Source of the DNA: Bacteroidales bacterium | GTDB lineage: Bacteria; Bacteroidota; Bacteroidia; Bacteroidales; VadinHA17 | Direction: 5' to 3' | Assembly: GCA_049975425.1 (NCBI GenBank) | Contig: JBNGDI010000003.1 | Coordinates: 14,162-78,161, forward strand | DNA: 64,000 bases | Part shown: one piece after another, positions 45,455 through 55,284 of the stretch | Layout of the letters: every line of letters begins with the position of its first letter | Numbering within the stretch: the stretch's first letter is position 1 | Notes under the pieces: model-generated | Seen by the model: the letters and a program-made list of their open reading frames with translations, nothing else | Database searches by the model: none | Told to the model about the DNA's origin: nothing | Position numbers and translations under genes: made by a program

Positions 45455-46948
45455 ATGATCATGACGAAACAGTTATTGACTCTTATTTGTACAGGGCTTT
45501 TTATCTGGACCTCCGCTGGCCTGAACGGGCAGGAACCCGGTCGCGGCCCCCTGATGGAACAGTTCCACGCGATATCCAGCCACGATCTGCTCGACTGGGC
45601 CGCCACCCTTTCATCCCCTGAATTCAACGGAAGGATGACCGGATCGCCCGGATTTCTGAAAGCCTCCGCCTGGGTAGCTGAGAATCTCGAAAAATGGGGG
45701 ATACAGCCGGCCGGCGACGAAGGGACTTACTTTCAGTGGTTCGAACACGGTTACAACGAAGTGCACGACCCGGGAGGTCTCAGTCTGCACATTCCCGTAA
45801 AAGGAGGGGATACCATCATCAAACGGTACAGTTTTCCCGACGGCTATTTTCCAGGCATGAACTCGGGAAGTGGTGAAGTAACTGCCGAAGTGGTATTTGT
45901 GGGTTACGGGGTAACAGCCCCCGAACTGGATTACGACGATTATGCCGGAGTGGATGTGAAGGGAAAGATCGTCATGTTCTGCCGGGATGTTCCGTATAAA
46001 GACACACGCAATCCCGAATACTCCAAATGGGTGAAATACTGCTATCACCACTACAAGCTGGACAATGCGGTGAAGCACGGCGCGGCGGGCATGATCTACA
46101 TCGACGGGCTGCATGCCAACCCCAACATCTCCTACCATCCCGGTTTCGTGTGGTGCGGAATTGGAGACGAAGTATTAAACGACCTGTTTGCCGGGCAAAA
46201 GCATTCCTACCGGGAAGTAATGGACAATATTGATAAAGGTTTTAAGCCCCAGTCCTTTCCCACCGGAAAAATGATGACCATCAGCGCCAGCACTACCTGG
46301 CATGAGGGAAAAGCCTGTAACGTACTGGGCATGATCCCCGGCACCGATCCCGACCTGAAGGACGAATGGGTAGTGGTAGGCGCCCACCTGGATGCCGTGG
46401 GAAATTGCGGGGTGTTGCTGCCGGGTGCCCTTGACAATGCCAGCGGCTGTGTGGATATTATGGGTGCCGCACGGGCCATGGCGGCTGCCGGAATTCCGCT
46501 GAAACGCAGCGTATTGTTCGCCTTTTTCGGGGGCGAGGAAACCGGGCTGGTCGGCAGCGGGCTGCTAGCCCAAAAGCTGAAGCAGGAAGGGAAAAAGGTA
46601 GCGGCTTACATCAACCTCGATATGGTGGGCAACGGAACGGGTTTCCACCTGGCAGGAGGAAGCACCTATCCCGAAGTGTACAAACATTTCGAGGCGGCCA
46701 ATGAAAAATACCTCCACCGTTCCCTGGGGTCCTCGGAAGTACGTCCGCATTACGGACGCCCCCGCAGCGACGCAGCTCATTTTGAAAAGGCAGGAATCCC
46801 CACCATGAGCCTGTATACCACCCGATCGGTGAAACCGGTGCATTATCACCTTCCGGGAGACGATGTGCACTCACTGACCCCTGAAATCATGGAAGATGCC
46901 GCCAAACTGCTCTTTTTATCACTTACGGGAATAGCCAATGAAGAATAG
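45455..46948 (+). CDS. M28-family zinc aminopeptidase with PA domain, exported
   Basis: 497 aa with signal-like MIMTKQLLTLICTGLFIWTSAGLNGQ. The M28 metal-ligand motifs are VVGAHLDAVG, LDNASGC, FFGGEETGLVGS, NLDMVG and a C-terminal HYHLPGDD. Confidence 0.8.
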   Translation: MIMTKQLLTLICTGLFIWTSAGLNGQEPGRGPLMEQFHAISSHDLLDWAATLSSPEFNGRMTGSPGFLKASAWVAENLEKWGIQPAGDEGTYFQWFEHGYNEVHDPGGLSLHIPVKGGDTIIKRYSFPDGYFPGMNSGSGEVTAEVVFVGYGVTAPELDYDDYAGVDVKGKIVMFCRDVPYKDTRNPEYSKWVKYCYHHYKLDNAVKHGAAGMIYIDGLHANPNISYHPGFVWCGIGDEVLNDLFAGQKHSYREVMDNIDKGFKPQSFPTGKMMTISASTTWHEGKACNVLGMIPGTDPDLKDEWVVVGAHLDAVGNCGVLLPGALDNASGCVDIMGAARAMAAAGIPLKRSVLFAFFGGEETGLVGSGLLAQKLKQEGKKVAAYINLDMVGNGTGFHLAGGSTYPEVYKHFEAANEKYLHRSLGSSEVRPHYGRPRSDAAHFEKAGIPTMSLYTTRSVKPVHYHLPGDDVHSLTPEIMEDAAKLLFLSLTGIANEE

Positions 46949-47039
46949 GGCCGATAAGGTACCCGGAACCAAACCCGGCAGGTAGTGATACCCCGGCTGA
47001 AAGACCACGGAACCATTTTCCGGAAAAAACTTAGAACCC

Positions 47040-47999
47040 ATGATGTGGCAGGTCCTTTTACTGGTTGCAGGTTTTACTGGTGTCATTGCCGGCGCCTTCC
47101 TGCTGGTTGACGGAGCCTCATCGCTGGCACGAGGGCTGAATGTTCCGGGAATAGTCATCGGCCTGACTATTGTGGCTTTCGGCACTTCCTCGCCGGAATT
47201 CGTGGTGAATCTGTTCGCTTCCCTGTCGGAGAATTCCGAAATGGTCCTGGGCAATGTGATCGGAAGTAACATCCTCAATATCCTGCTTATCCTGGGCCTG
47301 TCAACCCTGATCTTTCCGCTGGCGGTAAAAACCACCACTACCTGGTTCGAGATTCCCCTCTGCCTCCTGTCAGCCCTGGCCGCCCTGGTGCTCGCAGGCG
47401 ACCTGAAAATTGACGGAAACACCTTGGCCCTCATCTCCCGCAGCGACGGGATGATCCTGCTTCTGTTCTTCACCGTGTTCATTGCCTACAATATCCAGAT
47501 GGCAGTGAAAGGAAACACCGATGAACCTGTCCCCGGCCGCGACCTGTCTGCCGGAAAAAGCATCCTGATGTTTATGGGAGGACTGATCCTGCTGATCGCC
47601 GGTGGAAAGGTCACTGTCAGTTCGGCAACTTCCCTGGCAACGATGGCCGGTATTTCCGAAAGGATCATTGCCCTCACCATCGTTTCGCTGGGCACTTCCC
47701 TCCCCGAACTGGCCACATCGGTTGTGGCCGCAATCAGAAAGCATACCGACATAGCCCTGGGCAATATCCTGGGATCCAATATTTTCAACGTATTCTTTAT
47801 CCTCGGGACCTCTGCCGTGATCAGCCCGGTCACTGTTTCCGGCGGAGCCATGAACGATCTGCTGTTCAATGCTTTTATCAGCCTTCTGATATTTATCTTT
47901 GTATTTACCGGAAAAGGCAGGAAACTCCATCGTACGGAAGGAGGATTGTTTTTACTGCTTTACGCTGGATACCTGGTGTTTATTTTCATAAAACCCTGA
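47040..47999 (+). CDS. Ca2+/Na+ antiporter (CaCA family, YrbG-like)
   Basis: 319 aa and polytopic, with two alpha-repeats: GTSSPEFVVN..GNVIGSNILNILLILG and GTSLPELATS..GNILGSNIFNVFFILG. Confidence 0.85.
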   Translation: MMWQVLLLVAGFTGVIAGAFLLVDGASSLARGLNVPGIVIGLTIVAFGTSSPEFVVNLFASLSENSEMVLGNVIGSNILNILLILGLSTLIFPLAVKTTTTWFEIPLCLLSALAALVLAGDLKIDGNTLALISRSDGMILLLFFTVFIAYNIQMAVKGNTDEPVPGRDLSAGKSILMFMGGLILLIAGGKVTVSSATSLATMAGISERIIALTIVSLGTSLPELATSVVAAIRKHTDIALGNILGSNIFNVFFILGTSAVISPVTVSGGAMNDLLFNAFISLLIFIFVFTGKGRKLHRTEGGLFLLLYAGYLVFIFIKP

Positions 48000-48005
48000 G
48001 CACTC

Positions 48006-48965
48006 ATGCCTGAACCCATTCCCGGATGGTACACACCAGAGGAGATCGGGTGGCTGCGTGCATGTCGCCTGTGCCCCAGAGAATGCGGAGCTGACCGTTT
48101 GGCCGGAGAGGAAGGGGTCTGTGGTACCGATGCCGGCATCCACATATCCTCCATCTGCATTCACCGGGGTGAGGAACCCGCCATCAGCGGGAAACACGGT
48201 ATCTGCAATATTTTCTTCACAGGATGCAACCTGCAGTGTGGTTTTTGTCAGAATTACCAGATCAGCAATCCCCGGGCATCGGCCGAACACCCGGCTCTTT
48301 CCATGGATGTGGTTATGGAATCCATACTCCGAATTCTCGACCGGGGTATCCACGGGGTTGGATTTGTTTCGCCCTCCCATGTGTATCCGCAGGTTGTAGC
48401 CATCCTTCGTGCCCTGGAAAAAACAGGTAAAAAACCCGTTACCGTTTGGAACACCAATGCATACGAACATCCGGGGAATATTACCCGCCTGGAAGGAAAG
48501 ATTTCTGTTTACCTGCCCGACCTGAAATATGTTACCCCGGAGCTGGCGGTAAAGTATTCCGGCGCACGTGATTATCCGGAAGTTGCCTGTGCTGTGGTGA
48601 AAGAGATGTACCGCCAGAAAGGATCCACCCTTCAAACCGACAAGGCGGGCCAGGCCGTATCGGGCCTGATCATCCGGCACCTGGTGCTTCCCGGCCACGC
48701 CGACGAAAGCATCCGGGTGCTCGAATACATTGCCACCCACCTCTCCGCCCGGGTGGCCATTTCCCTCATGTCGCAATATTACCCGCCGGGTTTCCCCACC
48801 GGCCGGCCCGCTCCCGGACGGACCCTCTACCGGGAAGAATATGCCCGGGTGGTGGATGCGTTCTATTCCATGGGTTTCGGAAAAGGATGGGTACAGGACC
48901 TGGAAAGCACCGGTTACTACCGGCCCGATTTCGACCGGGGCCATCCATTCGAAACCGGCTCCTGA
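48006..48965 (+). CDS. Radical SAM protein, PflX-like (pyruvate formate-lyase-activase-related, COG1313-type)
   Basis: 319 aa with LCPRECGADRLAGEEGVCG (N-terminal Cys cluster) and FFTGCNLQCGFCQNYQIS (CX3CX2C). It starts 6 nt after the antiporter stop. It was preferred over the fully overlapping antisense ORF 47952..48995. Confidence 0.75.
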   Translation: MPEPIPGWYTPEEIGWLRACRLCPRECGADRLAGEEGVCGTDAGIHISSICIHRGEEPAISGKHGICNIFFTGCNLQCGFCQNYQISNPRASAEHPALSMDVVMESILRILDRGIHGVGFVSPSHVYPQVVAILRALEKTGKKPVTVWNTNAYEHPGNITRLEGKISVYLPDLKYVTPELAVKYSGARDYPEVACAVVKEMYRQKGSTLQTDKAGQAVSGLIIRHLVLPGHADESIRVLEYIATHLSARVAISLMSQYYPPGFPTGRPAPGRTLYREEYARVVDAFYSMGFGKGWVQDLESTGYYRPDFDRGHPFETGS

Positions 48966-49000
48966 AAATTGTGTATTTTTACCCGGTAAAACCAAGGATC

Positions 49001-49993
49001 ATGAGCCGGGAAAATTTCTGGACATCACTTCCCCGACCTTTTCTGTTACTGGCTCCCATGGAAGATGTGACCGACACCGTTTTCCGTGAAGTGATCATGA
49101 ATATATCGGCCCCGGGAGCCCTGCATGTGGTTTTCTCGGAATTTACCTCCACCGACGGGCTATGCCATGAGAAGGGAAGGGAAAAAGTGGTCGAACGCCT
49201 GCTGGTCAATCCTTCGGAAAGAATGCTGTTGAAGCAGAAAGGCATCAGGCTGGTGGCCCAGATATGGGGAACCGACCCGGAAGCATTTTACCGTTCTTCC
49301 CGGATGATTACCCGTGACATGGAGTTTGACGGGCTGGATATCAACATGGGATGCCCGGTGCGGAAGGTAGTGAAGCAGGGAGCCTGTGCGGCCCTGATCA
49401 AACAGCCTGCCCTGGCACGGGAGATCATTCAGGCCACCCTGGAAGGAACCGATCTGCCGGTGAGTGTCAAAACACGCATCGGTTTCGACCGCATACAAAC
49501 CGAAGAGTGGATGGGAAACCTGCTGGAAACAGGCATATCCGCCCTGAGCGTGCATGGAAGGATACAGAAGGCGGACTCGGAAGGCCCTGTCCACTGGGAA
49601 GAAATTGCCCGGGCCGTTCGCATGAAGAATAAAATCAACCCCCGGGTGGTCATTATGGGTAACGGCGATGTGATGAGCCTGGAAGAGGCACGCGAACGGT
49701 CGGAAGAAACGGGAACAGACGGGATCATGATAGGCAGAGGGGTCTTTCACAACCCCTGGATATTCAACCCCGTACAGAAGGAACACACACCCGGTGAAAG
49801 AACCGGCCTGCTGTTGCAGCACACCCGGCTTTTCTGCGACACCTGGCAGGACAGGAAAAATTTCGATATCCTGAAACGCTTCTTCAAGATCTACGTCAAC
49901 GGGTTCCACGGCGCCGCCAGGTTAAGGGCCGGGCTTATGGAAGCCCGTTCGGCCGACGATGTGGAAAAGATTATTTCCGATATGTTCCGGTAA
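49001..49993 (+). CDS. tRNA-dihydrouridine synthase family protein
   Basis: ORF 48887..49993, with the start moved to ATG 49001 (MSRENFWTSLPRPFLLLAPMEDVTDTVFR). It has Dus signatures LAPMEDVTD, DINMGCP, VSVKTRIG and LSVHGR. Confidence 0.8.
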   Translation: MSRENFWTSLPRPFLLLAPMEDVTDTVFREVIMNISAPGALHVVFSEFTSTDGLCHEKGREKVVERLLVNPSERMLLKQKGIRLVAQIWGTDPEAFYRSSRMITRDMEFDGLDINMGCPVRKVVKQGACAALIKQPALAREIIQATLEGTDLPVSVKTRIGFDRIQTEEWMGNLLETGISALSVHGRIQKADSEGPVHWEEIARAVRMKNKINPRVVIMGNGDVMSLEEARERSEETGTDGIMIGRGVFHNPWIFNPVQKEHTPGERTGLLLQHTRLFCDTWQDRKNFDILKRFFKIYVNGFHGAARLRAGLMEARSADDVEKIISDMFR

Positions 49994-50001
49994 ATTATTT
50001 G

Positions 50002-50961
50002 TCAAAATCCCTGAGGGATAATGATACCCACAGCCAGAAGCAGGTCGGTGCCCAGGACGGTGATCACATTCGTTCCCAGTGCCGGCACCATTTTGTGCAT
50101 ATTATCCCCGTGCCGGATAGCGGTAATGCTCGACCGGATACCCAGGGGCATGGGGATGAGGGCCAGGTAGATCCAGGCAGAGGCCAACCCCACCAGAGGA
50201 AGAATAAGAATGGTGCCAAAGGTAAGGAACATACCGAAAGCATACAGATAGGCCGCCTTTTTCCTTCCCAGTACGATCACCAGGTGCCGCCGGCCGCCGG
50301 CACGGTCGGCCTCCATATCGGGAAATTCATTGATCAGCAGAAGCAATGCCGTAAGGATACCCGGAGGAATGGATACCAGGATCACCTTCAGGGGCAGAAT
50401 CCCCGAAAGAGGCATGCCGGGCACAGCGGTCATGGCAACGTAGGTGCCTATCACCACCAGCGATCCCAGGGCCAGACCTGCAAAAAGCTCCCCCAGCTGG
50501 ATCCTGGCCAGGCCTTCCGTATAGGAAATGATGGTCACCCCCCCGATCAGGGTAAGCACCATAATAAACCAGTGGGATATGAAGGTAAAATACACTCCGA
50601 CAGAAAAAGCCAGCAACAGGGTTGTAACGGCTACTGCCAGTACCTGCCGCGGTGTGGTCAGGCCCTGCTCCATCATACCGCTTCCCCCGCTGAAAGGCGT
50701 CCGTACCGTATGGGCATCGATCCTGGTTTTATGATCGGAATATTCGTTGAACAGGTTTACTGAAATGTGCGCCAAAACCACACCGGCCACCAGCATCAGG
50801 GCATGCCACAGGTTGAATTCTTTTTCTGCGGGTCCCGGAAACTGGTAGGCAAAAGCCAGGCCGATAGCTACCAGCAGCACAGCAAGAATAAGAAAAGGAC
50901 CACGTACCTGTGCCATCCAGGCAGCCAGATAAACGGATTTTTTGTTTTGTTTTTCCATCAT
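50002..50961 (-). CDS. UbiA-family aromatic/polyprenyl prenyltransferase (MenA-like)
   Basis: 319 aa and polytopic, with the first Asp-rich motif NLFNEYSDHKTRID (NxxxDxxxxxD). It is the last gene of the mevalonate block, 32 nt downstream of the kinase gene. The acceptor substrate is not deducible. Confidence 0.7.
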   Translation of the reverse strand: MMEKQNKKSVYLAAWMAQVRGPFLILAVLLVAIGLAFAYQFPGPAEKEFNLWHALMLVAGVVLAHISVNLFNEYSDHKTRIDAHTVRTPFSGGSGMMEQGLTTPRQVLAVAVTTLLLAFSVGVYFTFISHWFIMVLTLIGGVTIISYTEGLARIQLGELFAGLALGSLVVIGTYVAMTAVPGMPLSGILPLKVILVSIPPGILTALLLLINEFPDMEADRAGGRRHLVIVLGRKKAAYLYAFGMFLTFGTILILPLVGLASAWIYLALIPMPLGIRSSITAIRHGDNMHKMVPALGTNVITVLGTDLLLAVGIIIPQGF

Positions 50962-50993
50962 TACATTATTTACTCGTTAAGCAAAAATACGTT

Positions 50994-51968
50994 TTATTTC
51001 TTTACCCCATAAACGGGAACCGTATCCAGGCCCAGTTCCTGCATCCGGATCACCGCCTGGCTGTAATCCCGGGCATAACCCAGCAGGTAACCACCTCCTC
51101 CCGCACCCAGCAGTTTCAGGTAAAAATCTCCGGTATCCAGTCCGTTTTTCCAGTATTCGGAAAAAATCCCCGGTATCATGGGCCTGAAGTGTTCCTGCTG
51201 AAAAGCTGACAGTTTCTCCATTTCACGGCAGAAACCTTCGCTTATTCCATTCATTACGTGAGAAATACAGACATCATTCAGGAAAAGCAGTTCCTTCATG
51301 ATTTTCTGCTTATAGGTTTTATCCCTGCACCTTTCCATGAACAGATCCACCAGAGGGGCAGTTCTTCTGGGAATACCGGTATTCACCAGGAAGAATGCCC
51401 CTTTCGCATTTTTTCCCGGCTGAGGAAGAACCACCGGCATAACCGTTCCGTTATGTTCTGTAAGCAGAGGAACCCCGGTATACCCTATCAGAGGATCGAG
51501 CCCGCTGCTGGTACCGTGAAAGAAGGATTCCATTCCGGCAAACAGGGTCTTCAGTTTGCTGAGCTCCCCGGGCGTCATACGGTGGCCCGGAATTACGGGG
51601 TCGACAGCATACCTGCGGTACAGGGCTGTTACCAGGGCGCCGGAGCTTCCCAGACCATAGCCGGACGGTATGGTCGATTCAAAATACAGGCCGTTGCCCA
51701 GGTCTTTTTGCAGGCGGTGCAGATCGAGAACCGGAGGAAGAGAACCGGTAACTACTGATTGTTTCAGCCAGTTTATATAACCGGCCAGATCATGTTGCGA
51801 ACGCCGCGCAAAATTCAGATCGGTAACCTGTTCACCGGTTGGGAGGACAAGACGGCCGCTGAAATGGGAAAAAGGAATGGTCAGTCCCCTGGCTCCCAGC
51901 AGAACGGTATATTCTCCGAACAGCAAAATTTTGGCATGTATCGTATCTGAAATACTCGTCATCTTCAT
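50994..51968 (-). CDS. GHMP kinase, mevalonate-kinase-like
   Basis: 324 aa. The N-terminus reads AKILLFGEYTVLLGARGLTIPF. GHMP motif II reads PSGYGLGSSGALVTALY, and the C-terminal motif reads KLLGAGGGGYLLG. Its start overlaps the decarboxylase stop by 4 nt. Confidence 0.7.
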   Translation of the reverse strand: MKMTSISDTIHAKILLFGEYTVLLGARGLTIPFSHFSGRLVLPTGEQVTDLNFARRSQHDLAGYINWLKQSVVTGSLPPVLDLHRLQKDLGNGLYFESTIPSGYGLGSSGALVTALYRRYAVDPVIPGHRMTPGELSKLKTLFAGMESFFHGTSSGLDPLIGYTGVPLLTEHNGTVMPVVLPQPGKNAKGAFFLVNTGIPRRTAPLVDLFMERCRDKTYKQKIMKELLFLNDVCISHVMNGISEGFCREMEKLSAFQQEHFRPMIPGIFSEYWKNGLDTGDFYLKLLGAGGGGYLLGYARDYSQAVIRMQELGLDTVPVYGVKK

Positions 51969-53005
51969 GCTAATTTTTCCGGGCCCCTTCCGGTAACATC
52001 ATCGATCCACCGGCCTTCTTCACAGAAACCGGCCAGTTCGTCATGAATAAATGCCTTCACCCGGTCCCGTTCATGTTCCGGGTAAAGCAGGTGCACATTG
52101 GGTCCGGCATCGAGTGTAAAACACATATCCCAGCCATTTTGTTCCCTTTTCCGCCGGATTTTTTCCATGATCATCAGGGTACGCGGATGAAAAAGAAAAA
52201 AACCAGAACGGGAGCTCATCATCAGAGCATGAAGGGTCAGCGCTTCGGATTCGGTTATGGTACGGAACGATTTTCGGTGGTTCTTCTGTAAGGATTTCAG
52301 CAGGTTTCCCAGGTTTTCCCTTGCCTGCCCGATACGGGCATCCCGGAAAGGATGTGTGTTCATGGCCGAATGACCGGCCGAACTGGATATTTTTTTCCGA
52401 CCCGGATCCACGATCAAAACGGCATCGAACAGGGTCCGGTATCGCGGGTGCACCCGGTGGTTCAGCGGAACGGCATATTCATCGGAGCTTTCCTGCACTG
52501 CAGGATCGTAACCCCATTCCACCCACCCGGGATATACCGAGCGGCAGGCGCTTCCAGAGGCAAGACGGGCCAGCCGGCTTGCCCTGGGCAAAAACTCTTC
52601 CCCCGAATTTTCCGGCCGGAACTTCCTGTCCAGATCGGTCAAAGCCAGCGCCAGGGCGCTCATGCTGGAAGCCGAAGAAGCTATCCCGGCCGAATACGGA
52701 AAGGTATTCTCCGTGTCGATCCGGATATCCAGGCCGGGAAGGAAAGGTAGTTCCGCCTCCAGCCGCTTCAGATAATCCCGGATCCTCTGAGCGAATTCCG
52801 GCTTCTCTTCGCCTGCAAACCGGAAGGCAAAAGACGGTTTCTTCTGTGCCGGGCGGTAGTGCAGGTGAAGGCGGGTAACGGAATTCGACAGGGTCATGCT
52901 GATGGAAGGATTCATCGGCAACTGATTGCCGTATTTCCCCCAGTACTTGATCACCGCAATATTTGCAGGGCTTTCCCAGGATATATTTTTCCACGGTATG
53001 ATCAT
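51965..53005 (-). CDS. Diphosphomevalonate decarboxylase
   Basis: 346 aa with SPANIAVIKYWGKYG, FPYSAGIASSASSMSALALAL and TLDAGPNVHLLY, typical of MVD. Confidence 0.85.
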   Translation of the reverse strand: MIIPWKNISWESPANIAVIKYWGKYGNQLPMNPSISMTLSNSVTRLHLHYRPAQKKPSFAFRFAGEEKPEFAQRIRDYLKRLEAELPFLPGLDIRIDTENTFPYSAGIASSASSMSALALALTDLDRKFRPENSGEEFLPRASRLARLASGSACRSVYPGWVEWGYDPAVQESSDEYAVPLNHRVHPRYRTLFDAVLIVDPGRKKISSSAGHSAMNTHPFRDARIGQARENLGNLLKSLQKNHRKSFRTITESEALTLHALMMSSRSGFFLFHPRTLMIMEKIRRKREQNGWDMCFTLDAGPNVHLLYPEHERDRVKAFIHDELAGFCEEGRWIDDVTGRGPEKLA

Positions 53006-53017
53006 GCTGCATGATTT

Positions 53018-53950
53018 TCACGGCCGGGCCATTTCAGGCCTGAGGATCATCTCACGGAAGGGAATGATCGTTTCAAGTCCATGCTCATGGAGAAATTCCT
53101 GCAGTCGCCTGAACGGACCGTTCCAGGTTACCAGAATAAAATCGCCCCCCCAGGCCCCCAGCGACTTTACCCCACCCGGAAAATCGGCCAGCAGGGACTC
53201 CCTCACTGAAGGCACACCGCTCAAACCCGAAAGGATGGACTCGTGTTCGCCAATCAGCCGGTCGAACTCCTCAAGGTCACCGGCCGTATGTATCCTGTGG
53301 GTCAGATCACTGATCTTATTGACTGTTTCTTCCCGGGGAGGATGCTTCCTGAGGAATTCCCGCACGCTGTCCTCCGAATTCTGTTTTTTCCCCAGATAAA
53401 CAAAATAGATACTGTCTTTAAAAGGCGGACAGAAGGATGTGGGAACCACGCGGGGTTTCCCTCCGGCGACAGAGTACAGAAGAGGGGTATTGCTCCGGGC
53501 GCAGGCTATGTCGAAACCCGATCCTCTGGAAACTTTCCGGTGCAGTTCATAGGGATCGACCCCTGCCCACCAGGCAATATTCGAAAGCAGGGAAGAGCTT
53601 GTTCCCAGCCCCCAGAAACGGTTGAACTGAATCTCCGTCTGCACCAGATACCCCCCGTTCCCCGACAGGAAAGAAGGATTCAACTCCCGGGCGCCCAGCA
53701 GGTGATCTCTGAGCCTGGCAGCCACCTCCCCGTCGGTGGCAGATACCACCTCCAGGGTTCGGGTATGGAAGGTAGCCCGGAACCAGGGTTCCCCGTTCTC
53801 ATCCGATTCCCACTCCAGTTCTTCCTCCCCCGGAAAAGCATTCACCTCGAGCGACTGGCCGAAACGAACCGGCATAGCCAGGGCAGTGGCTCCGAACAGC
53901 ACCATGTATTCGGCGGTAAGCAGGATCTTTCCGTTGGAATAATATTTCAT
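53018..53950 (-). CDS. Divergent GHMP kinase (GYDIA-family-like); candidate phosphomevalonate kinase
   Basis: 310 aa with GKILLTAEYMVLFGATALAMPV, WGLGTSSSLLSNIAWW (degenerate motif II), SRGSGFDIACA (a GFDIA variant of the GYDIA motif) and SLGAWGGDFILV. Its start overlaps the HMGR stop by 4 nt. Confidence 0.65.
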   Translation of the reverse strand: MKYYSNGKILLTAEYMVLFGATALAMPVRFGQSLEVNAFPGEEELEWESDENGEPWFRATFHTRTLEVVSATDGEVAARLRDHLLGARELNPSFLSGNGGYLVQTEIQFNRFWGLGTSSSLLSNIAWWAGVDPYELHRKVSRGSGFDIACARSNTPLLYSVAGGKPRVVPTSFCPPFKDSIYFVYLGKKQNSEDSVREFLRKHPPREETVNKISDLTHRIHTAGDLEEFDRLIGEHESILSGLSGVPSVRESLLADFPGGVKSLGAWGGDFILVTWNGPFRRLQEFLHEHGLETIIPFREMILRPEMARP

Positions 53951-55284
53951 GAATGATGTTGTTTTCGCAAAGATAGCAGGAATGTTTCCACAGCACGGTA
54001 ACTTACCTTCCTTTCGCTGAAATAGGCCCGTGCCTTTTCTTTTTCGGTGGGGGTTGCTCCCAGCCTGTTCAGCATATTTGACAGGTGCATTTTCATATGA
54101 CCTGCCTGAATGCCCCGGGTGACCAGTGAACGGATGGCTCCGAAATTGTTTGCCAGGCCCACTGAGGCGGCGATCATCATCAGTTCTCCGGCGCGCGGGT
54201 TGCCCAGCATCTCCAGTGAGCGCTTTGCCAGGGGATGCAGGGAAGTAAGTCCCCCCACTGTACCCAGAGCCAGCGGCAGGGTGAGACTGTACCGGAACAT
54301 ATTATTGCCGAGGTCGATATCGGTGAGCCCCGAATAATTCCCGGAACGGGCGGCCCAGGCATGCCCGCATGCCTCAATCGCCCGGAAATCGTTGCCAGTA
54401 GCCAGGGCCACTGCGTCGATACCGTTAAAAATGCCTTTGTTGTGCGTGGCAGCCCGGTATGTATCCTTCCGGGAAATCATCACCGCCTGTTCGAACTTGC
54501 GGGCAAAATATTCAGCCGTCATTCTTCCCTCCTGCTCACCCAAATCCCCGATTCCGGTTTCCACCCGGCATTCCACCAGGCAATCGGGAGTATAGTTTGA
54601 CAGAATAGCCATGATCACATTCACTTTCTTTTCCTCCCCATGGAAATGACCCGAACCGCCTATGTATTCCACCAGGGCTGAGGCCATTTCTTCCATGCAT
54701 GTATTGATAAAATTGGCTCCCATGGAATCGGCCGTTTCAAATTCGGCCATCAGCTGGTAATAATTTTCCATTGAACGGGTCATGTCAAGCAGCCTGATTT
54801 CGCGGATCCCTCCTCCCCTTTTCACCATATTCCGTGTTACCGGGGACGTTTTTCTCACAAGTTTTTCCTTCAGTTCAGGGAAATGATCCTGCAGCTTACG
54901 GAAATCTCCTTTCCAGGTAAAATGAACCTGCCCCACCTTGGTGGTGCCAAGCACCCGGGCATGAAAGCCACCACGCCCGGACCAGAATCCAGCGCTTTTC
55001 GCTGCTGCCGCCACCACGGAGCTTTCCTCGGTCACCACCGGCACCATATACATTGTGCCGTTCACTATCACATTCGGCACCACCCCGTATGGCAGGGGAT
55101 ACTGGGCAAGGGTGTTTTCACTGAATCCTTCCAGCAATTCCCGGTACTTGGGATGCCGGAATGAGTTTAGCTCTTCCACAAATTTCTGTGGATCTTTGAA
55201 TAACCGGGCCACCTGACCGAGTTTTTCTTCCCGCGGGAGCGAAGAAAAACCTTTCACCGGCTTTCGGGGCATTTTTTTCTTCAT
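53947..55284 (-). CDS. mvaA: Class II (bacterial-type) HMG-CoA reductase
   Basis: ORF 53947..55335, with the start set to ATG 55284, which forms ATGA with the fni stop. PYGVVPNVIVNGTMYMVPVVTEESSVVAAAAKSAGFW resembles the class II ..EEPSVVAA.. region. The protein also has DAMGANFINT-like SMGANFINT and GTVGG. Confidence 0.8.
   Translation of the reverse strand: MKKKMPRKPVKGFSSLPREEKLGQVARLFKDPQKFVEELNSFRHPKYRELLEGFSENTLAQYPLPYGVVPNVIVNGTMYMVPVVTEESSVVAAAAKSAGFWSGRGGFHARVLGTTKVGQVHFTWKGDFRKLQDHFPELKEKLVRKTSPVTRNMVKRGGGIREIRLLDMTRSMENYYQLMAEFETADSMGANFINTCMEEMASALVEYIGGSGHFHGEEKKVNVIMAILSNYTPDCLVECRVETGIGDLGEQEGRMTAEYFARKFEQAVMISRKDTYRAATHNKGIFNGIDAVALATGNDFRAIEACGHAWAARSGNYSGLTDIDLGNNMFRYSLTLPLALGTVGGLTSLHPLAKRSLEMLGNPRAGELMMIAASVGLANNFGAIRSLVTRGIQAGHMKMHLSNMLNRLGATPTEKEKARAYFSERKVSYRAVETFLLSLRKQHHS

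Noticed and set aside
47952-48995. 347-aa ORF on the minus strand covering the whole PflX-like radical SAM gene
   Set aside because: It is fully antisense to a gene with clear radical SAM motifs (CNLQCGFC). Its translation is Gly/Pro/His-rich with no family resemblance. It is a typical shadow ORF of a codon-biased gene.
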